A DNA stretch of 64,000 nt from Magnetococcales bacterium. GTDB lineage: Bacteria; Pseudomonadota; Magnetococcia; Magnetococcales; UBA8363. The DNA lies in contig JACSDG010000028.1 in assembly GCA_015660855.1 (NCBI GenBank), forward strand, positions 8,685 through 72,684. Reading direction: 5' to 3'. The notes beneath the pieces were generated by a model that was not told the origin of the DNA, ran no database searches, and worked only from the letters and a program-made list of their open reading frames with translations. Positions 27,509 to 35,495 of this stretch are shown here, in pieces (position 1 is the stretch's first letter; each line of letters begins with the position of its first letter). Both the position numbers and the translations under genes were made by a program.

Positions 27509-28126
27509 ATGCTCCCTTTTTTGCTTCCGATGGGTGTGTTTTCGGCGGTGGGGTACATCCTCGGTGATCGGGCAGCAAAAAAAAATGCCCCCGGAGAAAA
27601 AACTGTCGGATCCAAGGAAATACGGGTGGAAATCATTCGGGATCATGTTTTCAGTGATGAATCCTTGATCCTTGCGTGCGAAGATGTCCCTCTGGATAAC
27701 CGCTTTGGTGATCGGGTTTTGAGTAGCGACAACGAATTCAGTCGCACGGCTACGGTGGCTTTAGACCTTGATCGCAGCAGCGAGGTGAACAGTTCCCTGC
27801 GCAGCGGTTTTGGCAAAATGTTTTCCAGCGAAATCGCCGGGGAACTTTCCAAATCCATGGGGGTGAAAATCGGCAGCCAGATCAGTCGCAAAATCCGCTT
27901 GAGCTTTTCCGTCTCACCCCATAAAAAAGTCATCTACCGGGTTGTTTGGAAACAGGAATCCAGGCGGGGAGAATTTGATATTATGGTCAACGATAAACGC
28001 CGTTTTCGTGTCCCTTACCTGATTACCTATGGCCTGTCGCATTCGGTGGAAAGCATCGAAGATGTGGAGGTGTTCCATCCGACAACCATCCCGACAGGTG
28101 ACTCGGCGCAATCGGAAGATGCGTGA
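27509..28126 (+). CDS. Hypothetical protein with an N-terminal TM helix
   Basis: ATG preceded by GAGGTGG; 205 aa. No motif recognised. The last 14 codons lie in the duplicated junction sequence (copy A). Confidence 0.55.
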   Translation: MLPFLLPMGVFSAVGYILGDRAAKKNAPGEKTVGSKEIRVEIIRDHVFSDESLILACEDVPLDNRFGDRVLSSDNEFSRTATVALDLDRSSEVNSSLRSGFGKMFSSEIAGELSKSMGVKIGSQISRKIRLSFSVSPHKKVIYRVVWKQESRRGEFDIMVNDKRRFRVPYLITYGLSHSVESIEDVEVFHPTTIPTGDSAQSEDA

Positions 28127-28174
28127 GAAAAGCTCAAACCGAAACCAAATCCGCCAGATCTAGGTGGTGGCGTA
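28084..28174. repeat. Junction repeat copy A (3-prime end of the 27509 gene + intergenic + last 13 codons of a mobB copy)
   Basis: aaccatcccgacaggtgactcggcgcaatcggaagatgcgtgagaaaagctcaaaccgaaaccaaatccgccaga...ggtggtggcgta recurs at 30892.. and 31193... The minus strand reads RHHLDLADLVSV*, a remnant of the MobB C-terminus. Confidence 0.85.
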
Positions 28175-28407
28175 GACAGACAGGAAATCTGGGAACAGCA
28201 CACCCATTTCACAAGAGGCTCCGGCTTGTGATAGGGAAATGGATATACTGTCCCAAGATTTGTGCACATATGGAAAACATGCTACAGTCCCCTCTACAGT
28301 TGGTACGCCAGTTCTCTACTCTACCAGATTACCCATTCAGGACATCGTGACAGCCAGCCTGGATGAGCGACAATCGGACCGGGCGGGAGTTTTGGTAGAG
28401 ACAGGGG

Positions 28408-29301
28408 CTATTTCACCGTCAGAACCTCACGTATTTTATCGTCCAAAACACGGCCGGGAGGTAGATTCGCACCTGATATGAATCGGGCAGCAAATTCGTC
28501 CATTTTAAATCGCAACACTCGGTCAAGAACCACAGAACGTTTCTGGCCATGTTGTGGTTTTTGGCTAAGATTATACGTGAATACCGAGACGACATCTTTT
28601 TCGGCATGATTCACTTTCGGAATATCGTTCCCAATGATTTCTTCGAACTTACGAAACACAGTTTCAGGAACTACGAAATAAAGACCTTTTCGAACCAGAG
28701 CAGACCTTGAGTAGATCAATCCCTTTCGAATGAGTTGTGGAATAAGTCGCTTGTGAACGTTGGCCCAGTTGAGTCCATGTGCAGAAGCTGGCAGGACATT
28801 CTCCTGGTTTTTGGCTGCATACCAAACGTCACGGTAGTTTCCGGTTATGTCAATACTTTGAACCTCAATACCTACATATTCTTGAAGCTCACCACTGCGG
28901 ATGTGAGCCAAAACCCAATCCATGCTCATCTGACTGAGTTTCACTTCCTTTCCTGAGTATTGACCTAAAGCAACAATAACTTCTTTCGTGTCTCCAAATA
29001 TCTTGACATATTCATCAAAGAATATCATTGGAATTTTCGCTCCGAATACATCAGTCGATACATTACGAATAGTTGCGTAATCATTCTCATACAAACGATT
29101 TGGACATATCACAACGTTCGATCCTCCATTGGATACCGAACAGGTGCCGTAACAAATGGTATTCGTGTGATCAAACTTGGTGCATGCGCGTCCAATAAAC
29201 GGACATGCTTTCAAATCCCAGAATTTACGAGCCTCGGATGTGTGATCTTCTGGAGAGAATCCGAAAATCTCTATCAATTTTTTTACGCTATGTGTCGTCA
29301 T
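28408..29301 (-). CDS. Type II restriction endonuclease, NotI-family-like
   Basis: Starts 10 nt after the MTase stop. N-terminal Cys-rich motif (ACPFIGRACTKF...GTCSV...VICPNRL) plus EYVGIEVQSIDITGNY and GLNWANVHKR blocks, which resemble NotI (TCPFL...C.K...GVC.V...LVCPNR; LEIQTMDFHGSY). This comparison is from memory. The start is set to ATG 29301 (MTTHSVKK). Confidence 0.6.
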   Translation of the reverse strand: MTTHSVKKLIEIFGFSPEDHTSEARKFWDLKACPFIGRACTKFDHTNTICYGTCSVSNGGSNVVICPNRLYENDYATIRNVSTDVFGAKIPMIFFDEYVKIFGDTKEVIVALGQYSGKEVKLSQMSMDWVLAHIRSGELQEYVGIEVQSIDITGNYRDVWYAAKNQENVLPASAHGLNWANVHKRLIPQLIRKGLIYSRSALVRKGLYFVVPETVFRKFEEIIGNDIPKVNHAEKDVVSVFTYNLSQKPQHGQKRSVVLDRVLRFKMDEFAARFISGANLPPGRVLDDKIREVLTVK

Positions 29302-29311
29302 GATGTCGCCG

Positions 29312-30469
29312 CTATGATATGAGGTGCTTGATCTTTTCACCAATAGCTTTAGCCAATAAGGGGGGGACAGCATTTCCGACCTGTTCGAACTGTTGAGTTA
29401 GGTTTCCAGTAAAAAAATATCTATCGGGAAACGACTGAATTCTTGCCGCTTCTCGAACTGAAATAGCCCGTTCTTGGGTCGGATGGAAAAAACTGCCCCA
29501 ATGGGGATCGCATTTTGTCAGAATGGTGGAACATAGACCGTCTGGATGCAGACGACCATACCGTTTTGTATGGTCGCTTCTTCTTGCCCGCTTCAAACCG
29601 GATGGCAATAGATCATGAGGTATGTCCCTCCAACTGCCTCCCTGTGGAATACATTTTAGACGTTCTAGATTCGCTTTGCCCAGCTTAGAGCATCCATGAT
29701 TAAAAAGGCGCTCAGAACCTTTACGTAATTCTTTCTGGAATTCAGATTGAGCACCGACTGGATAGTGGACATCGTGGATCAACTGACCAGGGAGCAAGGG
29801 TGGTAAATCTGAAATTGCTTCCCATACTGTTGTTTTCTTACGTAAACATTGATCAAGTAATGGGTAAATTTTTTGGCAATACTGTTTAGCCCCAGTGAAA
29901 TTGGCTACCGCTTCACAATCATGGGTAGGGTCTGGAAAATCTATATGAACTTTCCCGATAATAGCGATAAAAATCGTCCGAAATCTTAGCTGAGGAACAC
30001 CATAATGACCTGCAAATAAGATTCGATGGGAGATAGAATACCCCATATGTTCCAATTCTTCATATATCGCGTCTACAACCGTTCCTTGACCTAGAGACAT
30101 AATGCCTGGAACGTTTTCGATCAGGATTGCTTTTGGCTTTAGAATGTTAGCAATTCGAAGGTGTTCTTTGAATAAATTGTTCCTTTGATCGTCAAGGTTT
30201 CGAATAGGAGCATTAATGGAAAAACCCTGGCATGGTGGCCCACCGCTAACTAAATCTAGATCGCCCTGCTTCAATCCAAGCAATTTACAGACGTCGTATT
30301 CTGAAAGATCTCGTATGTCGGCAGTAATCACATTTGTTGATGGGTGGTTTGCGGCATACGTCTTAGCATAAACTGAGTTTATTTCCAAAGCGAGCAGAGG
30401 ATCGAAGCCTGCCATCTTCAAGCCACAGGATAACCCTCCCGCTCCGCAAAACAGATCAATCGACTTCAT
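29312..30469 (-). CDS. DNA (cytosine-5)-methyltransferase
   Basis: All canonical C5-MTase motifs are present: I IDLFCGAGGLS, IV SGGPPCQGFS, VI LIENVPG, VIII QLRFRTIF, IX REAARIQSFPD, X QVGNAVPPLLA. The start is set to ATG 30469 (MKSIDLF); in-frame upstream ATGs lie at 30502, 30544 and 30697. Confidence 0.9.
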   Translation of the reverse strand: MKSIDLFCGAGGLSCGLKMAGFDPLLALEINSVYAKTYAANHPSTNVITADIRDLSEYDVCKLLGLKQGDLDLVSGGPPCQGFSINAPIRNLDDQRNNLFKEHLRIANILKPKAILIENVPGIMSLGQGTVVDAIYEELEHMGYSISHRILFAGHYGVPQLRFRTIFIAIIGKVHIDFPDPTHDCEAVANFTGAKQYCQKIYPLLDQCLRKKTTVWEAISDLPPLLPGQLIHDVHYPVGAQSEFQKELRKGSERLFNHGCSKLGKANLERLKCIPQGGSWRDIPHDLLPSGLKRARRSDHTKRYGRLHPDGLCSTILTKCDPHWGSFFHPTQERAISVREAARIQSFPDRYFFTGNLTQQFEQVGNAVPPLLAKAIGEKIKHLIS

Positions 30470-30941
30470 CGTGACAAGCCAAAACAGGAAAGACGATTGC
30501 ATATTATCATTAAAAGGCTCCAAAACGAAACCAAGGGAATTCATTAGAACCCCTTCCACCCTCCAATAATGAATTCCAAGTTTGATCGTTTTCCATTTTT
30601 TCTGCAAGGCTCTCTGATGGCGTGGACCAACAAATGCAGCCACCTGCCAACGTACAACGTTTCGTGCAAAGCCGCCCAGACTCAAGACATCAGACAATCC
30701 AATAAGTTATCTGAAAAACATGATTTGTGCTTGATACCCTGTTGGAGCAATGGCTGTATATGGTCATCGCACACAACCCAAAAAAAGGAGCAACGCACAT
30801 GACCAACCTTACCCAGAACGCACTGACCCCCGCACAACAGACCATCCTTGAAGCCGCCGCCGGTCGCACGGGAAATCTGGGGACAGCCGATAACCATCCC
30901 GACTGGTAACTTGGCGCAATCAGGGGGTGCGTGAAAAAAGG

Positions 30942-31193
30942 TCAAACCGAAACCAAATCCGCCAGAGCCAAGTGGTGACGTATGAATCGTGATACGACCA
31001 GGGGTTCGTTCAGGGCCAGCAAGGGGGGAGAAGGGCCAAGCACGGTCTGAAATCCGGGGTCGTCGGTGGCAATAGCGACGCAGTTGGCGAGGGCCTTGAT
31101 GTAGCCCGGATCGATAACCCCGTAGCGATAAACGGCAATTTTTGGGTGATTGTGATTTTTATATCCCTCCAAAATCACCAGATCATGGTGCAC
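30942..31193 (-). pseudogene. Partial duplicate of mobB (last 83 codons only)
   Basis: HHDLVILEGYKNHNHPKIAVYRYGVIDPGYIKALANCVAIATDDPGFQTVLGPSPPLLALNEPLVVSRFIRHHLALADLVSV is about 88 percent identical to the MobB C-terminus. It lacks the P-loop half. In the track ORF (to 31238) it is fused to 15 codons of junction-repeat sequence. Confidence 0.8.
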
Positions 31194-31234
31194 GACGGGT
31201 GACTCGGCGCAATCGGAAGATGCGTGAAAAAAAG

Positions 31235-31765
31235 TCAAGCCGAAACCAAATCCGCCAAAGCCAAGTGGTGGCGTATGAATCGTGATACGACCAGGGGTTC
31301 GTTCAGAGCCAGCAAGGGAGGAGAAGGGCCGAGCACAGCCTGAAGTCCGGGGTCGTCGGTAGCAATGGCGACGCAGTTGGCGAGAGACTTGATATAGCCC
31401 GGATCGGTAACCCCCTGGCGATGAATGGCAATCTTTGGGTGACTATAATTTTTATATCCCTCCACAATGACCAGATCGTGGTGCAAAAAAAGCCGCACCT
31501 GTTGTTCCAGTTCCGGTTCTTCCCCGGGATGCAGCTCTTGAATCATAAACCATCGTTGCGGACAGGCAAACAACACCGAACGCGCCCCCGCCTGCCGGAA
31601 ACGATGCGTATCCTTGCCCGGTTGGTCGGGATCGGCCGGATGGTGGCCATGCTTGATGGCCCCGACCCGGTATCCCTCGTGGCTGAGTTCAGCAATAACC
31701 CGTTCCATAAGGGTCGTCTTGCCGGTTCCGCTCGGGGCTGCAAAGCCAATGACAGGAATGTTCAT
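31235..31765 (-). CDS. mobB: Molybdopterin-guanine dinucleotide biosynthesis adapter protein MobB
   Basis: P-loop GFAAPSGTGKTTL, KHGHH and DLVIVEGYK motifs; 176 aa. The ATG overlaps the moaD stop (ATGA). Confidence 0.9.
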   Translation of the reverse strand: MNIPVIGFAAPSGTGKTTLMERVIAELSHEGYRVGAIKHGHHPADPDQPGKDTHRFRQAGARSVLFACPQRWFMIQELHPGEEPELEQQVRLFLHHDLVIVEGYKNYSHPKIAIHRQGVTDPGYIKSLANCVAIATDDPGLQAVLGPSPPLLALNEPLVVSRFIRHHLALADLVSA

Positions 31766-32013
31766 CCGCCGCTGACCGGTGGAAAAAAAGCAATCTCGTC
31801 ATAATTGGTGACGCCGGTCTCAAGTTGGGCGTACTCCTGGTTGACCGCCACCCGCAACGATGTGTCGGCAAGGGCTTGGTCATGGTTGGAGTCCAAACCC
31901 CGCAAAAAACGAATAACCTGCGCCACCGTCTTCACCGAGTCGGGCAGGGCCATCCGCTCCTCGGCGACTCCAACCTTTTCACGTACCCAGGCAAAATAAA
32001 GAATTCGAGCCAT
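31762..32013 (-). CDS. moaD: Molybdopterin synthase sulfur-carrier subunit MoaD
   Basis: Small ubiquitin-like protein ending in FPPVSGG (C-terminal Gly-Gly). The start is set to ATG 32013 (MARILYFAWVRE); ATG 32025 is an alternative. Confidence 0.82.
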   Translation of the reverse strand: MARILYFAWVREKVGVAEERMALPDSVKTVAQVIRFLRGLDSNHDQALADTSLRVAVNQEYAQLETGVTNYDEIAFFPPVSGG

Positions 32014-32046
32014 GCTGCGTATCATCCTGATAGAAAACGGACACTA

Positions 32047-32161
32047 TGCCCTGCGGGCAAAAACCAAAACCTTGGAGGCTCCGCCTCCAAACCTCCGCCG
32101 GGGGGGATGATCCCCCCCGGGCCCCCACAATAATTTTTGCCGAACTTTGTCTTTCCGATAC
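32047..32161 (+). repeat. NH-REP, full copy (best-preserved hairpins)
   Basis: TGCCCtgcGGGCA aaaaccaaaacc TTGGAGGCtccGCCTCCAA acctccgcc GGGGGGGATGATCCCCCCC gggcccccacaataatttttgccgaactttgtctttccgata. Confidence 0.92.
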
Positions 32162-32163
32162 AT

Positions 32164-33408
32164 TTAAAAACCAACCGCCAATTGCAGAGTCGCCGAATTG
32201 GACTTTTCACCCGTTCCCATTCGCGTCAGGCCCCCTTCGACGGAGCTTGAATCTTCAGCATTGTAATCCCGGTCGTGTGCCCATTCAAAGGCAAGTTCGG
32301 TATCCTCAAACACAGACCAATTGACCCCCCCGCGAAACCGCCGTTTCGGCAGCATCAAACCACCAGCTTCTGCCGTTTGTTGGTACCCCGCAGCGACAGT
32401 TCCCTGATGACCCATAAGATCCCAGGCGTATCCCAACTCGCTGTTGAAGGCCCAAGGTCTGGCACCCCTGGTGTTCCAGAGCATTTCACTGGAATCGAAT
32501 CGTTTCAGGGCACCCACATATTCAGCCAGAGCCGTCACCGGACCCACTCCGATACGGGTATGCAGGCTCAACCCAGGCAGATGCTTCTGCATGGTCGTTT
32601 CGTCAACCGGGGAATCGGTAATCCCATTGGAATCGTCCAGCGCGCTGATGATGTCCGAACCAACATGAACTTTGGCAATGTCATAGTCGCGGTTGTAGGC
32701 CAGATTGGCACCCACCCCCCTTAAATGGCTGTTGGTCCCGGTCTTCTCCGCCTCGCCGTTGAACGCAAAGACCGAACCACTGTAGTGGCTGTGTTCAAAA
32801 CCCAGTCGCAGTGCAGTTTCCGTGGTTTCACCCAGATCCAGAGTCAGAGGATCGGAAACCATGAATGTCTCGTAGCTGCCAAAAGGAAGCGTCATCAAGC
32901 CGCCGGACAGAAAAGCGGGGGTCACCTCGGGATTGGCAATGGTGATGGTCGCCTCATCGACATCGATTTCCTTGTCCGCCCCCGCCTCCTCGTGCAGCAA
33001 GACAACCTTGCCCTTGGCCCAGTTGTTGATCTTGGCCTCGGCTGCCAATTCTGCAGTGGCTACCGTGACATCGCTGGTCTGACTTCTCGGAGTGGTAAAA
33101 TCTCCGTCATGATTGTTGTTCCAGTTGGCTGCGACTTCAACAGTCCCGCTGAAAGTGATCCGGTCGCTCCACTTCAAACCAATCCCTCCCTCCTTCGCCG
33201 GTTCGGATTTGGCGGCGGGTACCGCAACCTGGCTCTTCGGGGCAGCCGCAGCTTCCCCCAATTGTTTTTTGAGTGCGGCAATTTCACGTTGCTGTTCCTG
33301 CAACATTTTCCACATTTCTTCACGGCTGGGTGGTTCCTCGGCATACGCTGTCACAGTCGCACCAATCGCCAAACAGGGTATTAAGGCACTGAGTACAAAC
33401 TTTTTCAT
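32164..33408 (-). CDS. Outer-membrane beta-barrel porin with an N-terminal coiled-coil
   Basis: Signal peptide (...ATVTAYA/EE), coiled-coil REEMWKMLQEQQREIAALKKQL, alternating beta-strand pattern, and C-terminal LQLAVGF (terminal Phe). Confidence 0.7.
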   Translation of the reverse strand: MKKFVLSALIPCLAIGATVTAYAEEPPSREEMWKMLQEQQREIAALKKQLGEAAAAPKSQVAVPAAKSEPAKEGGIGLKWSDRITFSGTVEVAANWNNNHDGDFTTPRSQTSDVTVATAELAAEAKINNWAKGKVVLLHEEAGADKEIDVDEATITIANPEVTPAFLSGGLMTLPFGSYETFMVSDPLTLDLGETTETALRLGFEHSHYSGSVFAFNGEAEKTGTNSHLRGVGANLAYNRDYDIAKVHVGSDIISALDDSNGITDSPVDETTMQKHLPGLSLHTRIGVGPVTALAEYVGALKRFDSSEMLWNTRGARPWAFNSELGYAWDLMGHQGTVAAGYQQTAEAGGLMLPKRRFRGGVNWSVFEDTELAFEWAHDRDYNAEDSSSVEGGLTRMGTGEKSNSATLQLAVGF

Positions 33409-33698
33409 GGATCAGACCCTCCAGCTAAATATTTAAGGCTTTCTTTCAGCTTTCAAATTCCACAATCGGCCACAGCACTTGCTGATCGACGGAATTGACA
33501 GGGGACTTGAGCCAAAAAAAAACTCAACTGGGTAAAAATGTAAAAATAACTCTCCTGCCGTCCGCTTTAAGATATTTCTGGCTGCCCTTAAAGCCAATTC
33601 CCTGACTTCCTTGGTGGAACGGGATACCATGTCCGTCCCTCAAGAGAGAGCGGTCGTTCCCAATGGGGACAGGATTCCTTTTTTTAGGAAAGTATTTT

Positions 33699-34538
33699 AT
33701 GCCCCGTACCGAAGCCATTTTGTTTATCGGTGATATTTTTGGCAAAGCAGGGCGCAGCCTTCTGAAGAACCGCCTAGGAAATCTCAGAAAACACTACGCC
33801 GTGATAGCCGTGGTGGCCAATTGTGAAAATGCCGCCGGTGGCATCGGCGTCACCCCGGCCATCGCTCGCGAGTTGCTGTCCTCAGGGGTGGATGTTTTGA
33901 CCTCGGGCAACCATATATGGCGTTACAAGGAAATATCCCGCTTCTTGGAGGAGGAAAAACGTTTGATCCGTCCCCTGAACTATCCCCCGGGGGTTCCAGG
34001 TCACGGCATGATCGTGGTGGAACTGGATATGGGGTTTCGGTTGGCGGTACTGAATCTTCAGGGACGGGTGTTCATGGATCCGTTGGATTGCCCGTTCCGA
34101 GCGGCAGATCAATGCCTGACCAAACTGACCTTGGGACGAGATGCCCATGCCATTATCGTGGATTTCCATGCCGAAGCCACATCCGAAAAAGCCGCCATGG
34201 GGTTTCACCTGGATGGAAGGGTTTCAGCCATCCTTGGAACGCATACCCATGTCCCCACCGCCGATGCACGCATCCTTCCTCGCGGAACCGGCTTCATCAC
34301 CGATGTCGGAATGACCGGATCCTACCAGTCTATCATTGGTATGGAGACCGCTTCGGTGATGCCTCGGTTCTTGCGTGGTCTACCCACCCGTTTTGAACCT
34401 GAAGTCTCTGAGGCCACCCTGGCCGCTGTTGTCGTGGAAGTTGACCGGGCCAGTGGCCGTTGCGTCAACATGATTCCCGTCCTGGAGGGCGGGGGGTTGT
34501 TGGCAAGTCAATCCCCTGGACGGTTGAAGTCCCTGTGA
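33699..34538 (+). CDS. YmdB-family metallophosphoesterase (TIGR00282-type)
   Basis: ILFIGDIFGKAGR...VANCENAAGGIG...LTSGNHIW...VDFHAEATSEK...GTHTHVPTAD are the YmdB/calcineurin-like motifs. ATG 33699 is preceded by AGGAAAG. Confidence 0.85.
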   Translation: MPRTEAILFIGDIFGKAGRSLLKNRLGNLRKHYAVIAVVANCENAAGGIGVTPAIARELLSSGVDVLTSGNHIWRYKEISRFLEEEKRLIRPLNYPPGVPGHGMIVVELDMGFRLAVLNLQGRVFMDPLDCPFRAADQCLTKLTLGRDAHAIIVDFHAEATSEKAAMGFHLDGRVSAILGTHTHVPTADARILPRGTGFITDVGMTGSYQSIIGMETASVMPRFLRGLPTRFEPEVSEATLAAVVVEVDRASGRCVNMIPVLEGGGLLASQSPGRLKSL

Positions 34539-34696
34539 CTTATGATGCCTTCTGAAAGATAGGGAGAAGCTTCATAGATTTTGTTGTTTTAATTGTTGTT
34601 TCTCTGGGTTAGTATGCGATCGTCGGGCATGTGTGGATAGGCCATGTTTTTTTCGTCTCCAGGAAGTTGCACACTTTCGTTCTCAAGGAACCCGCC

Positions 34697-35428
34697 ATGA
34701 ATAGTGGAAAAAAATTGTATGAGGGCAAAGCCAAGGTGTTGTTTGCCACGGACGATCCCCATGTTCTCATTCAATATTTCAAAGATGACGCAACCGCCTT
34801 CAACGGTGTCAAAAAGGGATCAATCCATGACAAGGGTGTGATCAACAACAGGATCACCGAACGGTTGATGACCATTTTGGCCGCCGTGGGCATACCGGTG
34901 CATTTTTTAGAACGCGTCAGCGAACGGGAACAAAAAATTAAACGGGTGGAGATTGTTCCGGTAGAGCTGGTGGTCCGTAATGTTGTGGCCGGTTCCATGG
35001 CCAAACGCCTGGGACGGACGGAGGGGGAACCCCTGCCGCGACCGGTGGTGGAGTTTTACTACAAATCCGACCCCCTGGATGATCCCCTGATCACCCTGGA
35101 CCATATTGAGGTTTTCGGTTGGGCCAGCCGTGCCGAGGTTGCGTGGATTTTACAGACCGCCCTGCGCATCAACGATGTTTTACGTGGCTATTTTGCCAGT
35201 ATTGACATTCGCCTGGTCGATTATAAATTGGAATTTGGTCGCTTGAGTGAACATCCCGAGACCCTGGTTTTAGCCGATGAAATTTCCCCCGATACCTGCC
35301 GCCTTTGGGACATGAAGACGGGCAAAAAACTGGATAAGGACCGCTTTCGGCGCGACCTGGGGGATGTGTCGGAGGCCTACCATGAAGTGGCCTTCCGCAT
35401 GGGGCTGATGCCATCCCCGGGGCTTTGA
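34697..35428 (+). CDS. purC: Phosphoribosylaminoimidazole-succinocarboxamide synthase
   Basis: [11 protein letters not shown]...[16 protein letters not shown]...; VPVELVVRN...GS; [14 protein letters not shown]. Confidence 0.93.
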   Translation: MNSGKKLYEGKAKVLFATDDPHVLIQYFKDDATAFNGVKKGSIHDKGVINNRITERLMTILAAVGIPVHFLERVSEREQKIKRVEIVPVELVVRNVVAGSMAKRLGRTEGEPLPRPVVEFYYKSDPLDDPLITLDHIEVFGWASRAEVAWILQTALRINDVLRGYFASIDIRLVDYKLEFGRLSEHPETLVLADEISPDTCRLWDMKTGKKLDKDRFRRDLGDVSEAYHEVAFRMGLMPSPGL

Positions 35429-35433
35429 CTGCG

Positions 35434-35456
35434 TTTTTTTTGCCCAAAGGGCATCC
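35434..35456 (-). repeat. NH-REP fragment (H1 hairpin only)
   Basis: ttttttttGCCCaaaGGGCatc, just after the purC stop. Confidence 0.5.
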
Positions 35457-35495
35457 TGTCTCCCCTTTTTACCGTGACCGGGAATTCGATTCGCC

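Larger units (their letters stand above)
28175..30891. mobile_element. AT-rich restriction-modification islet bounded by junction-repeat copies A and B
   Basis: The composition is visibly lower in GC than the flanks. It carries only the MTase/REase pair plus short ORF fragments. 17-nt direct repeats GGAAATCTGGG(G)AACAGC sit just inside both ends (28183..28199 and 30871..30887). No integrase or transposase was seen. Confidence 0.5.

Noticed and set aside
30799-30909. 36-codon ORF with a strong SD (MTNLTQNALTPAQQTILEAAAGRTGNL...), reminiscent of a DUF3489 N-terminus
   Set aside because: Only about 20 residues resemble the family and the ORF ends in the junction repeat. It is probably a truncated remnant at the islet edge and cannot be supported as a gene.
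33433-33630. 65-aa minus-strand ORF in the porin/ymdB intergenic region
   Set aside because: No SD, no motif, and it overlaps the likely divergent promoter region. Not supportable.
34539-34696. Purine or ZTP-type riboswitch upstream of purC
   Set aside because: I could not find the conserved ZTP (pfl) or purine-riboswitch core sequences in the 158-nt leader.
35441-35453. TGCCCaaaGGGCA hairpin after purC as a rho-independent terminator
   Set aside because: The T-run precedes rather than follows the stem on the purC strand. The hairpin is the H1 module of the NH-REP family.
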